From Bacteroidales bacterium (lineage in GTDB: Bacteria; Bacteroidota; Bacteroidia; Bacteroidales; WCHB1-69): 64,000 bases of DNA. The stretch lies in assembly GCA_016288655.1 (NCBI GenBank), contig JAEEKX010000003.1, forward strand, positions 6,037 to 70,036, in the 5' to 3' direction. Positions 9,464 through 19,008 of the stretch are shown one piece after another. The translations under genes were made by a program, and so were the position numbers. Position 1 is the stretch's first letter. The number at the start of each line of letters is the position of its first letter. The notes under the pieces were generated by a model. The model made no database searches, was not told where the DNA came from, and saw nothing but the letters and a program-made list of their open reading frames with translations.

Positions 9464-9955
9464 CTACTTCTCTTCGTCGTAGATTTCAAGGTTGCTGAGT
9501 TGGGTTCCGTTGATGTCGAGGCGGAGGAAGGTGAGGCGGGTGTGGTGGCCGAAGCGCGCGGCGGATCCCGGGTTGATGAACATGAGGTGGTGTTTCTGGT
9601 CGTTCATCACCTTCAGGATGTGTGAATGCCCGCCGATGAAAATGGTCGGCTTTTCCGTCTGGATCAGTTTCAACGCGTTGTCGGTATAGTAGTTGCCGTT
9701 GCCGGCGATATGGGTCATGGCGACGCGAAACCCTTCGCAGTTAAACACCTGATTCTCTTGGGTATAGTCGCGGATGTCCCAGTCGTCGCAGTTGCCATAG
9801 ACGGCGCGGACGACGGGCGCGATGTACTGCAGTTCTTCCAGTACCTCAATCCGTCCGATATCGCCGGCATGCCAGATTTCATCACAGTTCTGAAAGAAGT
9901 TGCAGAGTTCTGGATGAATGTAACCGTGTGTATCAGAGATGATTCCGACTTTCAT
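9464..9955 (-). CDS. YfcE-family metallophosphoesterase
   Basis: SDTHG, HAGD, GNCD, GHSH and NPGS motifs. Confidence 0.93.
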   Translation of the reverse strand: MKVGIISDTHGYIHPELCNFFQNCDEIWHAGDIGRIEVLEELQYIAPVVRAVYGNCDDWDIRDYTQENQVFNCEGFRVAMTHIAGNGNYYTDNALKLIQTEKPTIFIGGHSHILKVMNDQKHHLMFINPGSAARFGHHTRLTFLRLDINGTQLSNLEIYDEEK

Positions 9956-9970
9956 GAAGGTGGAGTGCGG

Positions 9971-10345
9971 CTATTTTACGGCCACGGTCTCGATTTCCAC
10001 CATCACGCCCATGGGCAGTGCTTTCACGGCGAAGGCAGCGCGGGCGGGCGGGTTGGTGCTGTAATATTTGGCATAGACCTTGTTCATGGGCTTGAAGTTG
10101 GCCATGTCGCTCAGCAGGCAGGTGGATTTGACGACGTCGGCGAAGGTGTAACCGGCCTCCTCAAGGATGGCGCCGATGTTCTTCATCACCTGTTCGGTCT
10201 GTTCCTCAATGGTTTCTGCGACCTTGCCGGTGGCGGGATCTACCGGAATCTGACCGGAGATGTAGAGGGTGCCGTTGATTTCAATCGCTTGGCTGTAAGG
10301 TCCGATGGCCTTGGGTGCTTTGTCGGTGTGGATGACTTTCTTCAT
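9971..10345 (-). CDS. ridA: RidA reactive-intermediate deaminase
   Basis: APKAIGPYSQA, SGQIP, PAR and LP...VEIE motifs. Confidence 0.95.
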   Translation of the reverse strand: MKKVIHTDKAPKAIGPYSQAIEINGTLYISGQIPVDPATGKVAETIEEQTEQVMKNIGAILEEAGYTFADVVKSTCLLSDMANFKPMNKVYAKYYSTNPPARAAFAVKALPMGVMVEIETVAVK

Positions 10346-10347
10346 GA

Positions 10348-11673
10348 TTATTTGTTTTTAAGTTGTTTGTTTTTTCCGTCGAATTTGTAACCGAGGGTGG
10401 CAAAGAAGAGGATGTAGAGGTAACTGACGAAGAGCAGGAGGTAGCCCTGTTGGTTACCGATGGATGGAATGTCGATCAACTTGCCGTATATCAGCGACAT
10501 GACACCGCCGCCGGCGCAGGCCATGACCAGCAGTCCGCCGGCGATTTCGGTATGGCGGCCGAGGTCGTGGATGGAGAGTGGCCAGATGGCGGGCCACATG
10601 ATGGCGTGGGCGAAACTGAGCATGATGACGCAGGCGATGGAGAGCCGCGCGGAGGTGGCGTAGAGTTCGTCGGGGGCGAGATTGGGCTGGAACATGTGTA
10701 CCACCGACTTGGAGTAGATGGCGACCGCCGCGAGGATCATGGCGATGAAGAGGTGCGCGATCAGCGCTTGCCGCTGCGAGATCATCTTCGGGATGGTGAC
10801 CAACCCTAAGAAGTAGCCGGCAATCAGGGCGAAGAGGGCGTACATCGGGAAGTTCTTGCATGCCTCGGTGGGGAAGCCCAAGTAGTCGCCGTAAGGGATG
10901 AGGTAGTCGATGGCGATGACCTCGGCACCGACGTAGAAAAAGATGGCGAAGACGCCGAGCCACAGGTACGGATAGGAAAAGATGGAGCGGTGGGCGTTGT
11001 CGCCGGCTTCGGTGCTCTGTTCGATGTGCGGCAGTTTGGCTAATTTGATGAAGATGACTAAAAGAATGAATACCGCGGTGATGATGATGTACGGAAGTAT
11101 CACTTGATTAGAGAGATGCTGCAAGGTGGCCTCGCGCATGTGGTCGGGAATCAGGCCATTTTTTAGCATATCCAACTCATCTTGCATGCCAGAGAAAAGG
11201 GCCTTATAGAGGGTGTAAAACCCGATCACTCCTGCAAATTTGTTGCATACTCCCATGATGCTGATGCGGCGGGCAGCCGTCTCAATCGGTCCCAAGATGG
11301 TGGCGTAGGGGTTGGAAGCCGCCTGCAGAATGGTCAAACCGGCACCCTGGACGAACAGCCCCGTGAGGAAAAGCCCGAACTGCCGTGTGATTGCGGCGGG
11401 TACGAAGGTGATTGCGCCGATGGCCATGATCAGCAGGCCAATCATCATGCCACCGCTATACCCGACCTTCTTGATCAGAAAAGAGGATGGAATCGACATG
11501 AAAAAGTAGGAGATGTAGAAGGCAAAGGGGACGAAGGAGGCCTGGAATTTGGTCAACTCGCACGCCTCTTTGAGAAAAGGCATCAGAATACCATTGATCC
11601 AAGTGATATAGCCGAACACGAAAAACAACGTGCCGATGACGAACAAGCTGAATGCGTATCTGTTTTTCTGCAT
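10348..11673 (-). CDS. Glucose/galactose (FucP/GluP-family) MFS transporter
   Basis: LQAASNPY and FFYVGAEV motifs; about 12 TM helices; -7 box at 11693-11700. Confidence 0.88.
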   Translation of the reverse strand: MQKNRYAFSLFVIGTLFFVFGYITWINGILMPFLKEACELTKFQASFVPFAFYISYFFMSIPSSFLIKKVGYSGGMMIGLLIMAIGAITFVPAAITRQFGLFLTGLFVQGAGLTILQAASNPYATILGPIETAARRISIMGVCNKFAGVIGFYTLYKALFSGMQDELDMLKNGLIPDHMREATLQHLSNQVILPYIIITAVFILLVIFIKLAKLPHIEQSTEAGDNAHRSIFSYPYLWLGVFAIFFYVGAEVIAIDYLIPYGDYLGFPTEACKNFPMYALFALIAGYFLGLVTIPKMISQRQALIAHLFIAMILAAVAIYSKSVVHMFQPNLAPDELYATSARLSIACVIMLSFAHAIMWPAIWPLSIHDLGRHTEIAGGLLVMACAGGGVMSLIYGKLIDIPSIGNQQGYLLLFVSYLYILFFATLGYKFDGKNKQLKNK

Positions 11674-11799
11674 GTGATGGATATTTAGGCCGCAAAAATA
11701 CGAAATTCTTGCCGCAAATTAAACCTCTATTCTCCTTTTTTGTCAAAACCACATTCTTTTTCGGAAAAATAATTAATCAATAAAGTAAATATTAGAATT

Positions 11800-12396
11800 A
11801 TGAAAAAGTTTTTGGCATTTGGGATGATGTTCTCATTCTTGTTTTATGTTCAGGCACAGGTGGTTACGCAGCCGGCACAGAAGTCTGACAATATGAAGGC
11901 AGCACAGGCCGCCCCCTCTCCATCTAAATGCGAGACCAAGGATTGCCAGACCATGATGAAGTTGAAAAAAGAGTATTTCCAAAAGAATTTCACTCTGCAA
12001 CCCGAACAAGAAAAAGATTTTTGGAATGCATTTGATGCTTACGCCAATACTGAATTTGACGCTTTTAAATCCCACCGCGAAGCTTTGGCCAAGGTCGGTA
12101 TAGACCATCGCGTTCCCGCCGACAGCGTCCAGTACCTTTCCGACGATCAGATTCGCGCCCTCTATTCCTCCCGTCTGGAACTCCGGAGCAAGTTGTTGAA
12201 AGCCGAAAACGAATTTTTCAAATCCATTAGTAAATGCTTGTCTGCAAAGCAGTTGAATGAATATTACCAATTAGAGCAGAAGTTCAAACGTTCCGCGGCC
12301 AAACATCAGCACAAGCCCGGGTGTTGCGAAAAGGAAAAACCGATGCTCCCCAAAGAACCGCAAACTAAGACGAAGGCCACTCCGGCCAATCGCTAG
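11800..12396 (+). CDS. Exported helical protein (Spy/CpxP-like, hypothetical)
   Basis: Signal peptide; L.PEQEKDFW..F..Y and LS.KQ...YYQLEQKF patterns seen in Bacteroidetes Spy-like proteins. Confidence 0.6.
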   Translation: MKKFLAFGMMFSFLFYVQAQVVTQPAQKSDNMKAAQAAPSPSKCETKDCQTMMKLKKEYFQKNFTLQPEQEKDFWNAFDAYANTEFDAFKSHREALAKVGIDHRVPADSVQYLSDDQIRALYSSRLELRSKLLKAENEFFKSISKCLSAKQLNEYYQLEQKFKRSAAKHQHKPGCCEKEKPMLPKEPQTKTKATPANR

Positions 12397-13373
12397 CAGA
12401 GGATTGCTCCTGGAGCCGTAGGAATGATCCTCACATCGCCGATCGCGTGGATGACGATTAAGTTACACCGCCCTTCGGCGATTTTTTTGTCTTGGGAAAT
12501 GGCTTCCAAGAGCATTTTTTTGTCGATGTCGGCCGGAATCTCCGTGGGGAGATTGCACTGCTTTAATGTATTGACAATAAGATCAATGTCTTTGCAATGC
12601 CCATTTTTTGCAGCGCAGACGATCCCGATGGAAACGGCTTCTCCATGCGAAATTTTGGCACAGTGCTCCAGGGCGTGCGCAAAGGTGTGACCGAGGTTCA
12701 ACAGCCGCCGAAGCCCCTGTTCCTGTTCATCTTCCTTCACAATCCGCTCTTTCACGGCTCTTGACTCTGTAATAAAATGGCATAGTTGAGCCATTTTTGC
12801 TTCTGTACAGAAAATAGTATCCAATTCATTCTCAGCGAAAAAAGATCCGCTTTCCCCAAAATTCTGGCCACTGATAATGAAGGTCTTGAGCATTTCGGCA
12901 ACTCCATTTCTGAACTCTTTCGGGGGTAGGGTACGGAGCAAATTCGGACAGGTGAGCACAAATTCTGGCTGGCGGATAGTGCCAATCATATTCTTGAAAT
13001 TCAGCACGTTGACACCGTTTTTTCCACCGATGGCAGCATCCACCATAGCCAACAGCGTTGTCGGGATGAAGCCAAATGGCACGCCGCGCTTGTAGATGGC
13101 AGCGACGAAGCCGCAGAGGTCGGTGGTGATACCGCCGCCGATGCCGAGCAGGAGGGTGTCTCGGTCGGCATGGAGGTGCAGCAGTTGATGGACGATCTCT
13201 TCGGCAGTGGCCAGTGTCTTCCGCTCTTCGGTCGCCTCGATGACGATTTTCTCAAAGGGAAACAGCGTACCGTGAAGCCGATCGACCTTTTCGTCGATGA
13301 TGGCGACAACGCGGCGTGTTCCGATGAGCCGACGAAGTTCGTGGGTGATCTCTGATGGGGTAAACGTCTTCAT
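12393..13373 (-). CDS. aroB: 3-dehydroquinate synthase
   Basis: GGGITTD, PTTLLAMVDAAIGGKNGVN, LNLGHTFAHALE, HGEAV and DKK motifs. Confidence 0.95.
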   Translation of the reverse strand: MKTFTPSEITHELRRLIGTRRVVAIIDEKVDRLHGTLFPFEKIVIEATEERKTLATAEEIVHQLLHLHADRDTLLLGIGGGITTDLCGFVAAIYKRGVPFGFIPTTLLAMVDAAIGGKNGVNVLNFKNMIGTIRQPEFVLTCPNLLRTLPPKEFRNGVAEMLKTFIISGQNFGESGSFFAENELDTIFCTEAKMAQLCHFITESRAVKERIVKEDEQEQGLRRLLNLGHTFAHALEHCAKISHGEAVSIGIVCAAKNGHCKDIDLIVNTLKQCNLPTEIPADIDKKMLLEAISQDKKIAEGRCNLIVIHAIGDVRIIPTAPGAILC

Positions 13374-13375
13374 AA

Positions 13376-15181
13376 TCAACGGTTTTCGTCGAGTTGGGGC
13401 TGTGGGGCAAGGGCCTCCTTGACAGCTTTGGCCTTGGCGGGTCCGATCACGGCGGCGATTTCGGCTTCCGAGGCCTCTCCGATGCGCTTGACGCTTTTGA
13501 ACTTTTGCAACAACTTTGTCTTCAATACCTTGCCAATTCCAGGGATGTGGTCAAGTTGCGATTCAATGCTCTTCTTGGCGCGGCGTTTGCGGTGGTGCGC
13601 GATGCCGAAGTCGTGGACGGCGTCGCGGATGCGCTGGAGCAGTTTCTGCGCTTCCGACTTCTTGTCGATATATAACGGCAGACTGTCGCCGATGCGGTAG
13701 ATGTCTTCCAACCGCTCGGCGATGCCGATGAGGTAGATTTTATCGACAAGGTCCAGTTTCTGCAGACTGCGGTAGGCGGCGTTGAGTTGTCCTTTGCCGC
13801 CATCGACGACGATGAGGTCGGGGAGGGGTTTCTCCTCGGCGAGCAGTCGGGAGTAGCGGCGGGTGATGACCTCTTCCATGGTGGCGAAGTCGTCGGCGCC
13901 GACGACGGTCTTGACCAAGTAGTGGCGGTACTCCTTCTTGGCGGGCTTGCCGTTGATGAAGCAGACCATCGCCGAGACGGGTTCGCAGCCCTGTGTGTTG
14001 GAGTTGTCGAAGCATTCGATGTGGTTGGGCAGGCGGTCCATGCCCAGGTCTTTTTGAAGTTGGGCGAGCACGCGGCTGCTGCGGCGGTTGGGGTCGATGA
14101 GGTCGCGGCGTTTGTTCTTTTCTGCCATGAAGGTGAGCGCGTTGCGGAGCGACAAGTCGAGCAGTTTCTTCTTGTCACCGCGTTGCGGAACGATGACGTT
14201 CACGCCTTCGATATCGGTCTCCGGAGTGAACGGGAGCAGGATGGTGGGGCAGAAGTCGCCGAAGCGTTCTCTGATTTCCACCATACCCAAGAGAAGAAGG
14301 TCCTCTTGGGTTTTGTCGAGTTTGTGGGCGATTTCGAGTGTATAGGATTGAACGACAGCACCTTCCATCACGCGCATGAAGTTGACGTAGGCGCTCTGTT
14401 CGTCCTCCACGATGGAGAAGACGTCGAGTTGGGTGATTTCGGGGTTGACGACGACGGACTTGCCGTGGAATTGGGTGAGGATGTCGAGTTTGAGTTTGAT
14501 CTGGTGGGCTTTCTCAAACTCCCAGCGTTCGGCGCAGGCGTTCATCTCGTCGCGCATCTGTCGGATAATCGTGTTGCTGTTTCCTTTGAAAATTTCTATA
14601 ATCTTGTGGATATCAGATAGATATTCTTCTTTGGAGATTAATCCGCTGCACGGTCCGGGGCATTTTCCGAGTTGGTATTGAAGGCAGGGGCGGCTGTTTT
14701 TGTGAAGGATTTTGCAGGTGCGTACGGGGAAGATCTCGCGGACGGTCTGGAGCAAAGTGTTCATGTACTTGACCGAGGCGTAGGGGCCGAAGACCTCCTG
14801 ACGTTTGCGGTCGGGGGTGCGGGTGGCAAAGACACGGGGAAAATCCTCCTTGGTGACGGCAATCCAGGGGTAGGTTTTGTCGTCTTTTAATAATATATTG
14901 TATTTGGGTTTGTACTCCTTGATGAGCGTATTCTCAAGCAGGAGGGCTTCCCACTCGGTATCGACGATGGTGGTCTGGATGTCGCGAATTTTGGTGACGA
15001 GCATCCGGACTTTGGGGGAATCATGTTTTTTGTTGAAGTAGGAGGAGACGCGGCGTTTGAGGTTCTTGGCCTTGCCGACGTAGATGACCTTCCCGTTTTC
15101 GTCGAGGTATCGATAGACTCCGGGTTTGGTGGAAAGGGCGGAGAGGATGAGTTTGATCTTACGCTGTAGTTCCGCTTCCAT
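13376..15181 (-). CDS. uvrC: Excinuclease ABC subunit C
   Basis: GIY-YIG (PGVY...YVGKAKNL), ECFDNS, DGGKGQL and C-terminal HhH motifs. Start placed at MEAELQ. Confidence 0.97.
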   Translation of the reverse strand: MEAELQRKIKLILSALSTKPGVYRYLDENGKVIYVGKAKNLKRRVSSYFNKKHDSPKVRMLVTKIRDIQTTIVDTEWEALLLENTLIKEYKPKYNILLKDDKTYPWIAVTKEDFPRVFATRTPDRKRQEVFGPYASVKYMNTLLQTVREIFPVRTCKILHKNSRPCLQYQLGKCPGPCSGLISKEEYLSDIHKIIEIFKGNSNTIIRQMRDEMNACAERWEFEKAHQIKLKLDILTQFHGKSVVVNPEITQLDVFSIVEDEQSAYVNFMRVMEGAVVQSYTLEIAHKLDKTQEDLLLLGMVEIRERFGDFCPTILLPFTPETDIEGVNVIVPQRGDKKKLLDLSLRNALTFMAEKNKRRDLIDPNRRSSRVLAQLQKDLGMDRLPNHIECFDNSNTQGCEPVSAMVCFINGKPAKKEYRHYLVKTVVGADDFATMEEVITRRYSRLLAEEKPLPDLIVVDGGKGQLNAAYRSLQKLDLVDKIYLIGIAERLEDIYRIGDSLPLYIDKKSEAQKLLQRIRDAVHDFGIAHHRKRRAKKSIESQLDHIPGIGKVLKTKLLQKFKSVKRIGEASEAEIAAVIGPAKAKAVKEALAPQPQLDENR

Positions 15182-15611
15182 TGTCGGTGTTTTGCTTTTC
15201 GGCGGCATCCTTGGCGGCCTGCACGCGGGCGTTCTCCCGCTTCATAATGAACACTTCGCAGACAGCGAATAGGAAGTAAATGACGATGAAGGCGATGGCG
15301 AAGCGCCAGCGGTCGGGTTTGTTGACGAAGAAGTATATGAGCAGAAAGAGCAGGCATGACATGAACTTGATGCCGCGGGAGAGCATGTAGCCGGAGACGA
15401 ACTTGCGGGAGTCGCGTTGGGCTTGGTCGCGGAGGACGATGTAGAGGGTGAAAAGGGTAATGAAGAAGAAAAAGAGGATGATGAAGGGCATGGCCGGGGT
15501 GGTGTAGGCGGGCCATACGGCCTGGAGCACCACCGACAGGATGGCGACGATGATGGAAAACGCCAGAAGTTGGATGACGTACTTGGGGACTTTGTAGTTG
15601 ACTCTTTTCAT
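15159..15611 (-). CDS. Four-TM membrane protein (AtpI-like position)
   Basis: Four hydrophobic helices; directly follows the AtpZ/AtpI-family gene. Confidence 0.65.
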   Translation of the reverse strand: MKRVNYKVPKYVIQLLAFSIIVAILSVVLQAVWPAYTTPAMPFIILFFFFITLFTLYIVLRDQAQRDSRKFVSGYMLSRGIKFMSCLLFLLIYFFVNKPDRWRFAIAFIVIYFLFAVCEVFIMKRENARVQAAKDAAEKQNTDNGSGTTA

Positions 15612-15613
15612 CG

Positions 15614-15829
15614 TTATTCGTCCTTTTTTTTCTGTGAAAGCTTATGCACCATGACGTACATGGCGAGGGCGATGGAAAGCAGGGCGCACACAATGGTAAA
15701 AAGGGGCGAGAGGTTGAGCCATTGGTCCAACTTCACGCCGCCGTATGTACCTAATGCGATGATGGCTCCCATTTGGAAGGCCATGCCGGAATAGGCGGCT
15801 CCGGCGTCCCATCGTTTGCGGTTGCGCAT
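15614..15829 (-). CDS. AtpZ/AtpI (ATPase_gene1) family protein
   Basis: YSGMAFQM...G...G..LD.WL...P.F pattern with two TM helices. Confidence 0.82.
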   Translation of the reverse strand: MRNRKRWDAGAAYSGMAFQMGAIIALGTYGGVKLDQWLNLSPLFTIVCALLSIALAMYVMVHKLSQKKKDE

Positions 15830-16242
15830 TAGTTGTTCTTCGCGGGCTGCTGCTGGGGAGCGGGGCTGGGCTGGGGCATGCCGCCGCGGTTGTTCTGGAT
15901 CTTGCAGTTGCCGACGAAGGTGGCGCCGGGCTCGATGGCCAGTTTGCAGGAGGCGATGTCGCCGGCGAGGACGGCGGTGGAACGCAGCGAGATGATGTCG
16001 GCAGCGTTGATGTTGGCCTTCACCTGACCTTCGATGTCGATGCTGTTGCAGTTGATGTCACCTTCGACGACGCCGGTCTTGCCGATGATGATTTTGGACT
16101 TGCAGTTGATGTTGCCTTTGATTCTACCGTCGATGCGGCAGTCGGTGGTGGCATCGATGTTGCCCACGAGGTTGGTCCCATTGGCGATGGTGTTCACGCT
16201 TGCGCCGGAGATGGCACCTGTCATTTCTTCAGGTCTATTCAT
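15829..16242 (-). CDS. Bactofilin (polymer-forming cytoskeletal protein)
   Basis: Beta-helix repeats NTIANGT..GNI...RIDG.I.GNI...IIG..G.VEGDI...IEGQV...LAIEPGA.F.G. Confidence 0.92.
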   Translation of the reverse strand: MNRPEEMTGAISGASVNTIANGTNLVGNIDATTDCRIDGRIKGNINCKSKIIIGKTGVVEGDINCNSIDIEGQVKANINAADIISLRSTAVLAGDIASCKLAIEPGATFVGNCKIQNNRGGMPQPSPAPQQQPAKNN

Positions 16243-16253
16243 GTTGGTTGGTT

Positions 16254-18932
16254 TTATTGATTGAAATAATTCTTTTTGAAAAAGTTGTCGTATAAAGGTC
16301 TGTCATCCTTCTGTTTGTAGAAGGTGCTGTAGTTGGATGCCCCCATGGCGTAGGGGGTGATGTTCTTGGCCAGGATGTCGGCGCGGAACTTGTCGTTCTG
16401 GCAGATGGCGTTGTAGTAGTCGATGGCGGCCTCGGCATTGCGGAAACGGGCGATGGTGACCATCTGTTCGTCCTGGTTGATATAGAAACTGTTGATGCTG
16501 AGTTTTTGCAGACTGTAAAATTCGCGGTTGAAGTCGGAGACGGTGACTTTGAAGTCCATCACCTTGATTTTGTGTACGTTGACAATCAAGGTGACGTAGT
16601 GCCACTCGTTGGGGTCGAAGGTGAAGGGGCCGTCTGCCTCGTTGGTGGGGGCGGGTGTTTCGCTGGCCGTGGGGGTGGTGACGGCGACGGGAGCGGGACT
16701 GAGCCCTTCGAGGAGGATGCGGGCGAGCTCGGCCACGGGTAGGTCGCCGTAGTCGGCGAGGACACCTTCGAGGGCGGTACGGTAGTTGGCTTCGCTCTGC
16801 GTCTGCCCCACGGCGACGGCACGCAGATAGGCGAACTGGCTGCGGAGGGTCCTGTCGGAGCAGTTGGGGATGGAGGCGTCAGCCGAGGCGATGACCTTCT
16901 GCCACTGCTTGGCATTGTAATCCTGGTAGGTGGTCTCGTAGGTGGCTTCTATCTCTTTCAGTTTGGCGGCCACCTGCTTGTAATAGTCGGGCTCGCGGAT
17001 GAGGCGGGCGATGTCGGTGTCGGCGTATTTGGTGAGTATGATCTCTTTCGGTCGGTTGGCGCGGGCGTCGTTCATCTTGGTGTAGTTGAGGTAGAGGAGG
17101 TAGAGCACGCCGGGAGCGAGGGTGTGGTCCGGGAATCTGGAATAGAGTTTCTCAAGGGTTTCGCAACCGCGTTTCTGATCGTTCAACAGGTCAAGGTAGA
17201 TGATGGATGCTTGGTACAACGCATTGGCTATCATCGCATTGGATGTGTCGATGGCACCTGGGGTGAGCGGAAGGTCCTGGGTGTAGTAGCGCTCCTTTTC
17301 GGGGTCGGTCTCGCGTTTGATAATGGGGTTGCCGTCTTCGTCGTACTCGGTGGTGTCGGATTGGGCGTTGGGGTTGTTCATGTTGGCGAGGTCATCGAAC
17401 GAGAGCTGCTGCTTGTTGCTGATGCGCCAGTTGTCCTCCAGTTTGCGGTTGCCCCATTTGCGCAGGAATTCGGTCTTGCCGGCGGCCATCAAGGTGGAGT
17501 TGTAGAAGTACCACTTGCCGGAACTTCCGCTGTTGTTGAGTTGGTTGTTGTAGTTGGCGTAGCCGAGGGCGCTCTGCAAGGCGAGTTCCTTGTCGCGTTC
17601 CTCCTTCTCTTTGCGGGCCTTCTCCTGCTTGTAGGCAGCGATCTTGCCCTTCACCCAGCGGTCGCGTTCGCTCTCGCTCATCTTGGCGATGCGTTGCAGA
17701 CTATCCTGTACTACAACGAGTTGCAGATTATCTACCAGTTCGGTGAGCACCTGTGACTTGCGCTGGATTTCGGCGTAATTGGGGTAATTCTTCGGCATGG
17801 AGACGGTGGCGGTGTCGTAGTAGGCCTTGGCCTGCGGGTACTGTTCGGCGTCGAAGTAGAGGTCGGCGAGACGCAGGGAGGAGTGGGTGCGTTGGAAGTC
17901 GTTGTTTTCGTAAGAGGCGACGGAGAGCGCGAGGTTCTTCATCCAGCCGGTGGTGTCCTCGTCGATGCGGTCGATTTCCGACAGCGCATAATAGATCTGG
18001 TCGCGGTAGTCGTGGTTCTTCTCCTCCTCAAGCATCTTGTTGAGTTCCTTGATGATCTGTCCGCGCTTGGCGGGACTGCCGTCGTAGTTGGAGGCCAAGT
18101 GCATGCGCGCGTTGAACTCCATGTTGTAGTCGGGACTGTGCTGGGCGACCCAGAGGAAGTAGTCGTGGGCGGCGGCGGGTTGCTCGAGTTTCTCGTACAA
18201 CTGTCCGAGGATGAAGTACATGCGGGTTTTGAAAGTCTTGGATGGCTTGTTCTTGAGGGCGTCGGTGATGTAGTCGATGGCCACTTCAGGATCGCCGGTG
18301 GGGGAGGTGAGTTCCAATTCGGCGCCGGCGGCGGCATACTGCAGGTTGAGTTTCTTCGACTTCTTCGGCTGGACGTAGTATTTGGTTTCGTTGATGAGGT
18401 CTTCCGCCTGCCCGTAGTATCCTTGGCGGATGGCGCAACGCACGTTCCAAATCATGGCCTCCTCCACGCTGTTGCTGTTCTTGTGGGTGGTCATGATGTA
18501 GTTGAAGATGCGCTTCGCCTGGTTGTAATCCTGTTTGTAAAAATAGGCCTTGCCCATCATCAGGTAGGCCTCGTCGATGTTCTTCACATACTCTTTTCCT
18601 TTAAAGAACATGGAGTGCTTGTAGATGCACTTCGAGGACTTCTCAATGACGCGGTCCATGGAGGGATAGATGCTGGAAAGATTCTCTTTCGGAGGATAGC
18701 AGTAGATTGGCAGGGTGGTGATGTAGTTGTCCTGGCAGATCTTGGCATGTTCTTCTTCTCCGGTTTTCAGGGCTTCCTTGCCATTGAAGTTCACGTTGAA
18801 GCGCGAGGTCATGTTGTGATAGCCCCGGTTGATCGGCGTGTTTTTCCGCGTGGAGCAGGATACACAGATAAAAGCAAGCAGTGCGAGCACCACGAGGCGG
18901 GGGAGAATATGATGTAAGTTCCTAATTTTCAA
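16254..18932 (-). CDS. sprE: T9SS/gliding TPR lipoprotein SprE (PorW)
   Basis: Lipobox SCSTRKN, YHNMTSRFNVNFNG and WYFYN...G...F...WG.R.LEDNWR signature; TPR repeats; TTG start with -7 box at 18962-18969. Confidence 0.9.
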   Translation of the reverse strand: MKIRNLHHILPRLVVLALLAFICVSCSTRKNTPINRGYHNMTSRFNVNFNGKEALKTGEEEHAKICQDNYITTLPIYCYPPKENLSSIYPSMDRVIEKSSKCIYKHSMFFKGKEYVKNIDEAYLMMGKAYFYKQDYNQAKRIFNYIMTTHKNSNSVEEAMIWNVRCAIRQGYYGQAEDLINETKYYVQPKKSKKLNLQYAAAGAELELTSPTGDPEVAIDYITDALKNKPSKTFKTRMYFILGQLYEKLEQPAAAHDYFLWVAQHSPDYNMEFNARMHLASNYDGSPAKRGQIIKELNKMLEEEKNHDYRDQIYYALSEIDRIDEDTTGWMKNLALSVASYENNDFQRTHSSLRLADLYFDAEQYPQAKAYYDTATVSMPKNYPNYAEIQRKSQVLTELVDNLQLVVVQDSLQRIAKMSESERDRWVKGKIAAYKQEKARKEKEERDKELALQSALGYANYNNQLNNSGSSGKWYFYNSTLMAAGKTEFLRKWGNRKLEDNWRISNKQQLSFDDLANMNNPNAQSDTTEYDEDGNPIIKRETDPEKERYYTQDLPLTPGAIDTSNAMIANALYQASIIYLDLLNDQKRGCETLEKLYSRFPDHTLAPGVLYLLYLNYTKMNDARANRPKEIILTKYADTDIARLIREPDYYKQVAAKLKEIEATYETTYQDYNAKQWQKVIASADASIPNCSDRTLRSQFAYLRAVAVGQTQSEANYRTALEGVLADYGDLPVAELARILLEGLSPAPVAVTTPTASETPAPTNEADGPFTFDPNEWHYVTLIVNVHKIKVMDFKVTVSDFNREFYSLQKLSINSFYINQDEQMVTIARFRNAEAAIDYYNAICQNDKFRADILAKNITPYAMGASNYSTFYKQKDDRPLYDNFFKKNYFNQ

Positions 18933-19008
18933 TGTATAATTACTTTTATCTTATAAAGGCGCAAAAATAACGTTTTTTATTTAATAATATTTTATTGTTG
19001 ATAACTTT

